From: a virus
Lineage: Duplodnaviria > Caudoviricetes
Direction: 5' to 3' (one strand)
DNA length: 64,000 nucleotides
IMG/VR virus record: IMGVR_UViG_2885633469_000002
Span: 1 to 64,000 of that record
The position numbers and the translations under genes were made by a program. Below the pieces are notes generated by a model, which made no database searches, had not been told where the DNA came from, and was given only the letters and a program-made list of their open reading frames with translations. Below are positions 10,306 to 20,800 of the stretch, one piece after another. Positions within the stretch are counted from its first letter, which is position 1; each line of letters starts with the position of its first letter.

Positions 10306-10572
10306 ATGACCGATGAAGAAACAATAATATTTTGTGCATATATGTTTTTATCTGCACCTTTTACGGTAAGTTTAATGATACATACATTTTTCAACTTAAT
10401 GTTTAGATGGATTAATGATAGAAATACTATATTAGAAGATACGAAAGAATTTTATTCAAATAAAAAACATTTAGTAATGGCAATTATATTTTTCCCAACA
10501 ACATTAGGAGTGTACTTTATAATGAGTGTCTTTTATATATTTGGTAAATCATTTGATTTTTTAGAAAAATAA
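10306..10572 (+). CDS. small membrane protein
   Basis: Two hydrophobic segments. Confidence 0.65.
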   Translation: MTDEETIIFCAYMFLSAPFTVSLMIHTFFNLMFRWINDRNTILEDTKEFYSNKKHLVMAIIFFPTTLGVYFIMSVFYIFGKSFDFLEK

Positions 10573-10713
10573 TAAAAATAAAACGTTGAAATATCAAGAT
10601 TTTCAATGCCTAAAATTACTATAAAAGACTTGTTTTAAACTAATTACAAAGGCGAGTAAATAATATCAATTCATATAATTTAGATGATTATTATATAAAA
10701 AGGAGATAAACAT

Positions 10714-11556
10714 ATGAAGTTTCAACCAGTAATTAAATGGAGTGGTAGTAAAAGAAGTCAATCAGAAGAAATCATAAAGAGAATACCTAAACAAGAGTAT
10801 AATACATATCATGAAAAATTTTGTGGAGGATGTTCTATTTTGTATCAACTATTACATAGTAATATTAAATTTAAACAATACATATGTAGTGATATTAATA
10901 GAGGTTTAATTGATTTATGGAATGAAATTAAACAGAATCCTAACACCGTTTATGAAGAATATAAAAAAAAATGGGAGGAGCTAAATATAGATGATGATAA
11001 GGAACGTAAAAAACAATATTTTTACACAGTCAGAGAAAGATATAATAAGGAACATAACCCATATGATTTTATGTTTATTATGCGTACTACTACTAATGGT
11101 ATGCCTAGATACAATAATAAAGGTAATTTTAATAACTCTTTTCATGTAACAAGAAATGGAATTAAACCTAAAACTTTAGAAAAAATTATATTAAAGTGGT
11201 CGAACTTATTAAATAAATATGATGTGAAATTTATACATAGTGATTATTGCAATATAAAACCTGATAAAAATGATTTATTATATCTTGATCCACCATACTC
11301 AGGAACTAAAGGAATGTATTATGGAACAATAGATTATAATAATCTATGGGATTATCTTAAAGATTGTAAATGTGATTATTTATTAAGTTTTGATGGTAAA
11401 ATTACATCAGAAGATAAAACATATGAAGTGCCTAAAGAAATATATGATAAACATGAATATATATATAGTGGTAATAGTAGTTTTAGAAGAGTTATAGGGA
11501 AGTCAAATAAAGAATATGTTGAAGAAAGTTTATATATAAAAAGTAATATAAAATAA
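10714..11556 (+). CDS. Dam-like (D12 class) DNA adenine methyltransferase, orphan
   Basis: KWSGSK, FCGG motif I, SDIN, RYN..G.FN, YLDPPY. Confidence 0.9.
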   Translation: MKFQPVIKWSGSKRSQSEEIIKRIPKQEYNTYHEKFCGGCSILYQLLHSNIKFKQYICSDINRGLIDLWNEIKQNPNTVYEEYKKKWEELNIDDDKERKKQYFYTVRERYNKEHNPYDFMFIMRTTTNGMPRYNNKGNFNNSFHVTRNGIKPKTLEKIILKWSNLLNKYDVKFIHSDYCNIKPDKNDLLYLDPPYSGTKGMYYGTIDYNNLWDYLKDCKCDYLLSFDGKITSEDKTYEVPKEIYDKHEYIYSGNSSFRRVIGKSNKEYVEESLYIKSNIK

Positions 11557-11568
11557 TTTAATAATAAC

Positions 11569-11597
11569 TTGACAAAATATAGGAAGGAGGATATAAT
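11569..11597 (+). promoter_or_regulatory. consensus sigma-A promoter for the topoisomerase operon
   Basis: TTGACA (11569-74), 17 bp, TATAAT (11592-97). Confidence 0.8.
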
Positions 11598-11674
11598 TAG
11601 AGTTGTAATTTGTTCTTATTCCTATATTTTATAATTTAAAACAATTTAATGATAAAAATATTAAAGGAGGCAAC

Positions 11675-13684
11675 TTGATGTCAAAACGAATTAACTTTTT
11701 TGATGATAGAAGTAAAGCAAGGAATAAAATTGGTGTTTGGTTGGGTTCAAATACACATCAAGCAGTAATACATACTATAAAAGAATTAACTTCTAATTCT
11801 GGAGATATACTTATGGAAGGGTTTGGAGATAAAATCATATGGACTATCTATGATAACAAAACAGTAGAAATATATGACAATGCTATAGGATTGCCTATAG
11901 AGGGGAAAACAACAATAGAAAAAAAAGATGCAAGGGGGAATGAAGTAACTGAAGAAAAATCCAACTATGAATTGTTATTATTAACACTTTTTGCAGGGAC
12001 AAAACATAACGGATTAGAAACAGGTGAGGCTAATACTGGAACTAACGGTTTGTTTAATACGGTTTTAACCTATACATCTGCGTATATTGAATATGAAATA
12101 GGTAGACCTGATGGCAATATATATTTCTGCTCTTTTAAAGAAGGATTTATTGACAAAGAGTTACAGGTGATAGGAAAAACAAATAAGACATTTACTAGAA
12201 TAAAATATACGTTATCTGACCAAGTATATACCGATAACTATTTTACATTTGAAGAAATATGTGATATTTGTCAGAAACAATCTGCGTTAATACAAAAACC
12301 TATTCAAATAATTGATAAAGTAAATAATCAAGAAAAAACTTATTGTCTCTCAAATGGTTTACAAGAATTATTTAATGTTTTTGTAAACAAAGAAGAAAAT
12401 ACTTGTAAAGACATAATAATAAAAGACAGTTTTAGTAAGAATGTAAAATTCGATAATAAAAATTATATTGATAATATGGAGTACAATCTTATATTAAATT
12501 ATAGTAAAAATGAAAACACTATGAATATGGATTTTTTAAATAGGAGTGAATTAATACATCATGGAACAATCTATGAAGGGCTAGTAGATGGTTTAAGAAA
12601 AAGCATTCATAATTTTATATATAAAGAAGGAATGTACAATAAAAAAGAATCTAACATAAACAAAGATGATATATTATGTGGATTAAATTTTATAATTGAT
12701 TTTAAATCATTGCATCCAAATATGTATAGCAATCAAACAAAATTTGAAACACAAATTAAATATTTTAAACCACTTGTTACTCAATCTATCATTGATTTTT
12801 TTGAAGTATACTCAATTGAAAATAAAAATGAAATGATGAAAATAGCCGATAAATTATTAATTAATAAAAGAAGTCGTGAAAAAGCTGAAACAAATAGAAA
12901 AGAAGCAAAGAAAAAACTAGAACAAGATGTAAATAAATCTACAAGTAGACCTAATAAGTTTGTACCTTGTACATCTAAAAACAAGAATGAGAAAGAATTG
13001 ATATTAATAGAAGGGGATTCAAGCTTAAATTCAGTTAAACTATCACGTGACAAGTACATCCACTCTATATATCCATTGAAAGGAAAACCTTTAAACGCTT
13101 TAAAGAAATCATTAGATGAAATATTGAAAAATGAAGAAATTATGGATATATTTCAAATTCTACAATGTGGTATGCAATATAAGGGGAAGCCAATTAAAGG
13201 AATTAAACAATTCAATATAGGTGATTTAGGTGTATCTAAAATAATTGCATTTTGTGATGAAGATGAAGATGGCTTACATATTCGTTCATTATTGATATGT
13301 ATTTTTTATGTGTTAGCACCTGAAATAATAGAAAAGGGATATTTTTATGTTTTAGATTCTCCTTTATATAAAATAGATACAAAAAATAAAACATATTTAG
13401 CTTATAGTGAAAAAGAAAAAAATGATATAATTAAAAATTTAAATACAGACAACATAAAATTCACAGAATCAAGATTTAAAGGTTTAGGAGGTTTGTCTGT
13501 AGATTTATTATCAGAAACAGCTATGAATATAGAAAATAGAAAATTGACACAAATAACTATAAATGACGTTGAAAAAGCAAAAAATACATTAGAAATGTTT
13601 ATGGATGATGATTCTACAGATAGAAAGAAATATATAGAAGAGTTTGGTGAAAATTATTTCGATTATTCAATATATGAAGATTAA
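11675..13684 (+). CDS. gyrB: type IIA DNA topoisomerase subunit B (GyrB/ParE-like)
   Basis: GHKL motifs (ELTSNSGD, DNAIGLP, GTNGLF); TOPRIM EGDS, PLKGK, DEDEDGLHI; RFKGLG. Confidence 0.92.
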   Translation: MMSKRINFFDDRSKARNKIGVWLGSNTHQAVIHTIKELTSNSGDILMEGFGDKIIWTIYDNKTVEIYDNAIGLPIEGKTTIEKKDARGNEVTEEKSNYELLLLTLFAGTKHNGLETGEANTGTNGLFNTVLTYTSAYIEYEIGRPDGNIYFCSFKEGFIDKELQVIGKTNKTFTRIKYTLSDQVYTDNYFTFEEICDICQKQSALIQKPIQIIDKVNNQEKTYCLSNGLQELFNVFVNKEENTCKDIIIKDSFSKNVKFDNKNYIDNMEYNLILNYSKNENTMNMDFLNRSELIHHGTIYEGLVDGLRKSIHNFIYKEGMYNKKESNINKDDILCGLNFIIDFKSLHPNMYSNQTKFETQIKYFKPLVTQSIIDFFEVYSIENKNEMMKIADKLLINKRSREKAETNRKEAKKKLEQDVNKSTSRPNKFVPCTSKNKNEKELILIEGDSSLNSVKLSRDKYIHSIYPLKGKPLNALKKSLDEILKNEEIMDIFQILQCGMQYKGKPIKGIKQFNIGDLGVSKIIAFCDEDEDGLHIRSLLICIFYVLAPEIIEKGYFYVLDSPLYKIDTKNKTYLAYSEKEKNDIIKNLNTDNIKFTESRFKGLGGLSVDLLSETAMNIENRKLTQITINDVEKAKNTLEMFMDDDSTDRKKYIEEFGENYFDYSIYED

Positions 13685-13696
13685 GGAGAGATATGA

Positions 13697-15964
13697 ATGA
13701 TAGTACAATCAGATTTAGACAAAGCGTTAACGGAATACTATATGCCTTATGCAATGAAAGTAATAACAGATAGGGCATTACCCGATGTAAAAGACGGGTT
13801 AAAACCTATAGCAAGACGTATTTTATGGACACTATGGAAAAATGGTTCAAAATATAATACACCCAAGGACAAATGCGGAAAGATAGTTGGTGATGTGCTT
13901 AAAATACATAATCATGGAGATATTAGTGCATACTTAGCTTTAGCACTTCTAACAGAACAAAATGAAAGTTTGATTTGTCCTTTTATAGATGGAGGAGGGG
14001 CTTTTGGAAAGATATACTCTAAAGACAAACCTTCTGCTATGAGATATACATCAGCTAGATTAAATGAATTTTCAGAAGAAATGTTTAAAGATATAAACAA
14101 AAATATAGTTAAATTTATAGGTGAAGATAAGGATCATATGCAACCTTTATTTTTAAGTAATACATTCCCTAATATCTTAATTAAACCTAATAGTGGTGTT
14201 GCGGTAGGAGAAGCTTGTAATTGGTGTAGTTTTAATCTAATAGAAGTATGTAATTTAACTCAAGCATATATAAAAAATAAGGATATTAAAGTTATAGATT
14301 ATTTACCCTCACCTGATTTTACTACAGGTAGTTACATAATAACTAATTCTAATAATTTAGAAAAAATATATTCTACAGGAAAAGGGAGCTTTAAACTCCA
14401 AGCGAAATATGAATATAATAAAAAAGATAATACAATAGAAGTTTATGAAGTACCTTATAACTCCACTGTTGAGGATATTATTAAAGATGTAAATGGATTG
14501 ATTTCTTCTGGTAAAATGAAAGACGTAAGCGATATTAAAGACACTACAGGATATGATAAAAAAAATAAAAAAGAAGTAGTAGGTATAACAATAGAATTAA
14601 AAAGAAATGCTAATCCTGATAAAGTAATGAAAATTTTATATAAAAAAACAAGACTTATGACTTCTTTTAACTGTAATTTTAATTGTTTGGTTGACTATAA
14701 ACCAAAAGTGTTGGGAGTTAAGGAAGTTTTAGATGAATGGTTAAAATTTAGGGTTGATTGCATTGAAAAGTCATTACAATATGATATATCTGAAAAAGAA
14801 AAAAATCTTCATTTTTTAAAAGGATTAGAAAGAGTATTGTTAAACATAGACAAAGCTATTGGAATAATAAGACATTCCGAAAGTGATGAATTGATTATTG
14901 ATAATCTTATTACGGAATTTAACATTGATGGGAAACAAGCTAATGATATATCTAATATGAAACTAAGAAATATAAATCAACAATATATAATAAAAAGAAC
15001 AAAAGCAATAAATAAAATAGAGCAGGAAATAATTAAGTTAAAAAATACACTAGATTCTAAAAAAGCTGTTAACAATATAATAATTCAAGACTTAGAAAAA
15101 GTTAAAATAAAATATGGGAAACCACGTAAAACAGAAATATTGGATACTTCTGATTTTCAAGATATAACCACTGAAGATTTAATAGAAGACAATACTGTGA
15201 CATTAGTATTGACCAAAGAGGGTTATTTAAAAAAGAATCTTAAATATTCAGAATCACAAAAACTAAAAGAACAAGATGAAATTATACAAATGTTCCAAAC
15301 TACAAATAAAACAGATATTCTTTTATTCACTGATAAGGGGAATGTATTATTACGTAAAACTTATGAATTAGATGAATGTTTACCATCATCATATGGTATA
15401 TTTATATCTAATTGGTTAGGTGAATATTTACAAGAAGGTGAAAAAATTATCTATATGGCAACTACAAAAGACTACAAAGGGCAAGTTCTTACTGTATTTG
15501 AGAATGGAAATGTTGCTTGTACAGACTTAAAAAAATATAAAACAAAAACTAATAGACAAGTACCTATGGATGCTTATAATACAGCAAGTAAGCTAATAGA
15601 TATTAAAGTAACTACAAATGATGTTGATATATTTTTATTAACTGATGAAGGCAAAGCATTAATAGTTAATACTAAAAAGTCTGAAATAAGACCAACTAAA
15701 TCAAGGGATACAAAAGGTGTAGTAGGTATCAGATTAAAAGGAGATAATAAGGTCATAGGTGCTATTATTGATTGTAAAGAAGATAATTTCACTATATATA
15801 CTAAGAAAGGCAAGAAAATTGATTATATGCTTGACGACGTAGCCAATAACATAGAAAAATCATGGAAAGATTATTTAACTATGAAAAGAGGAAATCAAGG
15901 GAACTTCATGTACAATACCAGGCAGAAAAAAGATAAAATAATTAAAATGGAATTAAGAGAATAG
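13697..15964 (+). CDS. gyrA: type IIA DNA topoisomerase subunit A (GyrA/ParC-like)
   Basis: RALPDVKDGLKP..RRIL, HNHGD, catalytic SAMRYT, PDFTTG, C-terminal beta-pinwheel-like repeats. Confidence 0.92.
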   Translation: MIVQSDLDKALTEYYMPYAMKVITDRALPDVKDGLKPIARRILWTLWKNGSKYNTPKDKCGKIVGDVLKIHNHGDISAYLALALLTEQNESLICPFIDGGGAFGKIYSKDKPSAMRYTSARLNEFSEEMFKDINKNIVKFIGEDKDHMQPLFLSNTFPNILIKPNSGVAVGEACNWCSFNLIEVCNLTQAYIKNKDIKVIDYLPSPDFTTGSYIITNSNNLEKIYSTGKGSFKLQAKYEYNKKDNTIEVYEVPYNSTVEDIIKDVNGLISSGKMKDVSDIKDTTGYDKKNKKEVVGITIELKRNANPDKVMKILYKKTRLMTSFNCNFNCLVDYKPKVLGVKEVLDEWLKFRVDCIEKSLQYDISEKEKNLHFLKGLERVLLNIDKAIGIIRHSESDELIIDNLITEFNIDGKQANDISNMKLRNINQQYIIKRTKAINKIEQEIIKLKNTLDSKKAVNNIIIQDLEKVKIKYGKPRKTEILDTSDFQDITTEDLIEDNTVTLVLTKEGYLKKNLKYSESQKLKEQDEIIQMFQTTNKTDILLFTDKGNVLLRKTYELDECLPSSYGIFISNWLGEYLQEGEKIIYMATTKDYKGQVLTVFENGNVACTDLKKYKTKTNRQVPMDAYNTASKLIDIKVTTNDVDIFLLTDEGKALIVNTKKSEIRPTKSRDTKGVVGIRLKGDNKVIGAIIDCKEDNFTIYTKKGKKIDYMLDDVANNIEKSWKDYLTMKRGNQGNFMYNTRQKKDKIIKMELRE

Positions 15965-16027
15965 TTGTTTATTTCATTAATGTAAAATAATTTCATTTTA
16001 ATTTATAAAAACAAAGGAGATGTTGGC

Positions 16028-16222
16028 TTGATTAATAAAAAACATAAGAAGTGTGTGTTATGTGATGGAGATGCTGTAATGAAGTGTAGTAAGTGTAATA
16101 AGGACATTTGTTTAAAACATGGCTATTGCTATATTGACGAGTCCAATATAGCAATAACTCAAAACGCACCTATGTTATGTGGACAGTGTTATATTAAAAC
16201 TTATAGAATAAAGAAGTTTTGA
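16028..16222 (+). CDS. small Cys/His zinc-binding protein
   Basis: CxxC...CxxC...CxxH pattern. Confidence 0.6.
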   Translation: MINKKHKKCVLCDGDAVMKCSKCNKDICLKHGYCYIDESNIAITQNAPMLCGQCYIKTYRIKKF

Positions 16223-16301
16223 GTTTGTTGAAAAACATGTTCAAAGTGATATAAAAATTAGAGTGTTTAACCATAAAACAAAGCAAGGAAAGGTGATTTG
16301 A

Positions 16302-17063
16302 ATGGCAATACTACAATGTAATCCTATAGCAAATAAAATTACATTAGAATTACAAGAATATATAAAAAATAACAGAGTTATTAAAAGGTTAGCTATAATT
16401 TATGAGGGTAAGGAAAATGGACAACAATCGTACATAAAAAATATTATACGATATTGCAATATCTATAATATTAAATATGATTTGTGGAACGTCAAAGAAA
16501 GTAATTTAAATAAAGATGATATTTTTGCAATAAATCAATTATATGATTCTATAATGTGTGTAAAACCATTTAATAAAGTAACCGCAAAATTATTAAAGGA
16601 TAGTATATCAATAAAGAAAGATATAGATGATTTTACAGATCAATCAGATTTTATGTCTTGTACAGCAGAAGGAGTGCTAAGTATATTAAAACATTATAAT
16701 ATCTCTACCGTACAAAATCATATTGTAATTATAGGAAGAGGGGAGGGTGATAAGGTATGTAATTTATTATCAAATAAAATACATAATGCAACAGTAAGTA
16801 AAATACACTCAAAAACATCTAAAACAATGGTAAGTAAATTATTAAGTATTGCAGATGTAATTATATCAGCAACTGGATGTAAAGACACACTGAATATTAA
16901 CAATATACCTTCCAATAGTAAAAAAATAATTATTGATATAGGTAGAGGTGATGTTGGGAATAAATTATATAACTATGATAATTTAAAGATAACTCCTAAA
17001 ATAAATGGAACAGGATTAATTACTACACAAATATTAATGAAGCATATAATCAAAGGGCAATAA
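16302..17063 (+). CDS. folD: divergent FolD-like methylene-THF dehydrogenase/cyclohydrolase
   Basis: KKDID, SCTAEGV, IIGRG, ADVIISATG, IIDIG.GDV, TPKINGTGLIT. Confidence 0.75.
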   Translation: MAILQCNPIANKITLELQEYIKNNRVIKRLAIIYEGKENGQQSYIKNIIRYCNIYNIKYDLWNVKESNLNKDDIFAINQLYDSIMCVKPFNKVTAKLLKDSISIKKDIDDFTDQSDFMSCTAEGVLSILKHYNISTVQNHIVIIGRGEGDKVCNLLSNKIHNATVSKIHSKTSKTMVSKLLSIADVIISATGCKDTLNINNIPSNSKKIIIDIGRGDVGNKLYNYDNLKITPKINGTGLITTQILMKHIIKGQ

Positions 17064-17120
17064 TATTTGCACAAAACATCAAAATATTTATAATAAAACA
17101 TAGTTGAGAGGGGTATATTT

Positions 17121-17459
17121 ATGAACTCAATTTTAGGAGCAAGAATTAGAGCTTTAAGAGAAGCTAAAGGTTTGACACAGGAGCAAGTTGCAGAAAAAAT
17201 GAATTGTACTATACAAAAATATGTTAGAATTGAGAAAGGTTTAGTGGATATCTCATATGCAAGTATTACAACTATTGCTACAATTTTAGGAATAAAGACC
17301 AAACAAATAACTTCTGCTGTAAATGAAACTATATTTGTAAAAAATAACAATACTGCTTGTCAGGATAAATTTGAGTATATAATTGAAATGATTAATACTT
17401 TTTATGCTCATAGAAACCTATATCAAAGTGTAAGGCGTGGGAAATTTAAACCATATTAA
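17121..17459 (+). CDS. XRE-family HTH regulator
   Basis: LGARIRALREAKGLTQEQVAEKM...YVRIEKG. Confidence 0.9.
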   Translation: MNSILGARIRALREAKGLTQEQVAEKMNCTIQKYVRIEKGLVDISYASITTIATILGIKTKQITSAVNETIFVKNNNTACQDKFEYIIEMINTFYAHRNLYQSVRRGKFKPY

Positions 17460-17497
17460 TGATTTTAAAAAAGAATTGAAAATACATAAAATATTTA

Positions 17498-17863
17498 ATG
17501 GAGGTGTTCATTATGAGTGAAATAAATCACCTATTTACAAATGAGATTGTGTGTCCATTTTGTGGGTACGAATTTGTGGATAGTTGGGAATATGGCGATA
17601 ATTATGAAGATGAATTGGGATTAATAGAGTGTAATGAATGTGGGAAACAGTTTTATACTAACAAGGATGTTTCAATAACTTATTGTACATATAAGGCTGA
17701 TTATGGGACTTGTAAACACTGCAAAAAAGATAATGTAGTTATTCAAGATTATCATTCAACAATAGGTAGATATGATAGTTTATGCATTAAATGTGGTAAT
17801 TTAGAAAAGCAACGATTGCAGAAGAACTATATTAATTGTATCTGTAACAAGAAAGATTACTAA
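17498..17863 (+). CDS. multi zinc-ribbon hypothetical protein
   Basis: CPFCG...DSWE...CNECGK and further CxxC motifs. Confidence 0.7.
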   Translation: MEVFIMSEINHLFTNEIVCPFCGYEFVDSWEYGDNYEDELGLIECNECGKQFYTNKDVSITYCTYKADYGTCKHCKKDNVVIQDYHSTIGRYDSLCIKCGNLEKQRLQKNYINCICNKKDY

Positions 17864-17899
17864 ATATAATTCAAAACAATATATAAAGGAGTATAAATA

Positions 17900-20800
17900 A
17901 TGGATATTGAGAATACGGTTGATAAAGTACAATTAATCTCAGAATTAAAAAATATTCATAGTGAATTATTTAAAGTATATAGAAAACTATTTGATTTTAA
18001 ATATAAGTATGATGAGAATTTTAAATTATTTATAGAGAAGGAATATAAAGAAAAGGGTATAACAAGCAAAGGAAAGAAAGCATGGAATGATAACTTCTGC
18101 CATAGAGCCTCGTATACTTTATTAAATAAAATATTATTTGTAAGAATATGTAAAGATAAAGGTTTTATACAATGTACAAGTGACTATATATGCAATTTAG
18201 TTAGCAATTATACATTAGGTGAACTAATTAAATTTGCTTTTGATGATATGAAAAAATCTTATAAAAACATAAATCTATATAAGAAAGATGATTATGAAAT
18301 ACTTAATTTTAAAGATGAAGTATTTAATTTAATGTATATAGAGGGAGATAAGGGTACTAAAGAATTAGTTTTAGAATTTGAAAAGTTATTAAATAGTATT
18401 ATAGAAAAACTAGATACCAATAAATTTAATTTTAAGTATACAGATGGAAATATTTTAGGGGATGTTTATGAAAAGTTCATGGATAAAGAGACACGAAAAG
18501 CAATAGGTCAATTTTATACTCCAGAATTTGTAATAAAATACATACTAAAAAATACAGTAGAAGAAGCAGATGTTGTAGAAAAGCCTTTTGTAACTGTTGC
18601 AGATATATCTTGTGGTTCTGGACATTTTTTAATAATGGCTTATGATATTTTAAGAGAAAAATTCTTAGGAAATCTTGATGTATTAAAAGAAAAATATGCA
18701 GATGAAATTTATACAATAAAAAAAGACGGAAAAGAAATAGAATTAACAGGAAAAGAATATTGGGTAAAAGAATATATTCATTACCATATATTAAAACACT
18801 GTATCTATGGTGCGGATATAGATAGTTTTGCTGTGCAATTAACTACTATAAATCTACTTCTTAAGGATTTGGACAATTTTACTGATGAACTAAACATTAT
18901 TGAATGTGATAGTTTGATAAAATGGGAAGAAGATTATGATTGGAAAGATTTAAAGAAGCAGTTAAAAGATAAATATGTAACTAAGACTTGTGTAAGTGAA
19001 GATTTCTTTGGTAATAAAGAAGAATTTTTAAGAACAGAAGAAAATCAGGAAAATTTTAATTTAAAGTATAAAGATATATCAGGAGTACAAAAAGAAAAAG
19101 GAATTAATAGGGAAGAAGCAAAAGAAATATTGCAACTATGTAAGTTTTGGAGTAATAGATTTGATTATATAGTTGGGAATCCTCCGTATATAGGATTTGG
19201 CAATAAGATAGATAAAAAATATATCGAGAATAAATATGAATGTTTTATGGGAAAATCAGATATTTTTATTGCGTTTATTGAGTTGGCTTACAATAAATTG
19301 AAATTAAAAGGAGATTGTGGATTAATATTTCCAGTTACTTTTTTAAACCATCCAAATAATGAAAATATACGCAAAAAGATAATAGAAGATACTAAGATTA
19401 AGAATATAGTAAATTTAGGTGAAAAAGTATTTGAAGATGTAAGAAAAAATACAATGTTACTTATATTTAAAAAGGAAAGAATAGATGAAAATTATTTATG
19501 TACAACACAAGACATTTCAAAAATAAAGAGAATAAATGATAAAGAAAGTGATTTATTCAGTAATAATGGATGTAAGAAAGTGCAACAATCTATATTTAAA
19601 CAAATGCCTCTAATGATTTTAGATACTTTTTTAGAAGAATCATTAATTATACTATTTTTAGATATTTACAAAAATAATAGTAAGATAGTTGATATTGGAA
19701 AGGCTTTAGATGCAGGAATTGATTATAATAAGAAATCAGTTTCAGAAAAGGTATTTTATAAAGGTGAAAAAAGTAATATTAATGATCATGAAATTTTAAG
19801 TGGAAAGAATATAAACAAATTTGTAACTTACAGTGCTGATAAGTATTTATTAGAAAATTATAAGGAAGAAATTCAAAAGGGTGAATATATAAAAGTTAAC
19901 GAAGATGTTTATGAATTAGAGTCTAAAATTATATATAGACAAACAGCAGATAGAATTATAGCAACAATTGATGATGGTAGAAGATATTTTGACAAAAGTG
20001 TTCATGCAATTAGAATTAATGATATAACACTTAATAATAAGTATATAGCATGTTTATTAAATAGTTCTTTGTTCAAGTTTTTTTATGATATTTTTGCCGG
20101 TGGGGAAATTAGGTGTCATTCTGATTTCCCACAAGTTAAAACTATATTTGTTGATAATTTGCCAATTAAACTAAATATATCTAAAAAAACAGTTAAGTTA
20201 ATTGATCAATTAATTAACAAAATTTTTGAGGAACAAAATAATTTAATAAACTTGAAACTACAGGACTTTTATATAAGTAATTATATAGAATTTGAAGAAA
20301 ATAAACTGGATATTGAATTAAATATATTATATTTGACCATTATCTCAGATTTAATTGTATATGATATATATGAAGTAGATTGTTCGGTAAGATTAAAAAT
20401 ATTAAAAAGCATAGATAAAGAAGAAAGCACGAAAATGGTAGAAGATATAATTAAAAGAAAAAGTATAAAAATTAATTATGATAACTATTTTGAAAGTTTA
20501 AAGGAATCTGTGGATTATCAAATAAAAGAAAGCATAGATGAGGTTATGGAAATAATTACACCTGAAAAACTAATTTATGAACATATCCAAAACAGAAAAG
20601 ATATTGACAAAATTTCTCAAGAGTATGGAATTAATTCAACTATATTGAAATTAGTAAGAAAGAAATACTCTCAAGAGCAGTTTTCTAATTATCCTTTGAA
20701 GTTTTATAGTTTAAAAGAATTCTGTAATGTGATTAATAATTATTTAAGAAAAATTATAATTATAGAATTAAAAAAGAAAAAAAGTGTTAATGATCTAGAT

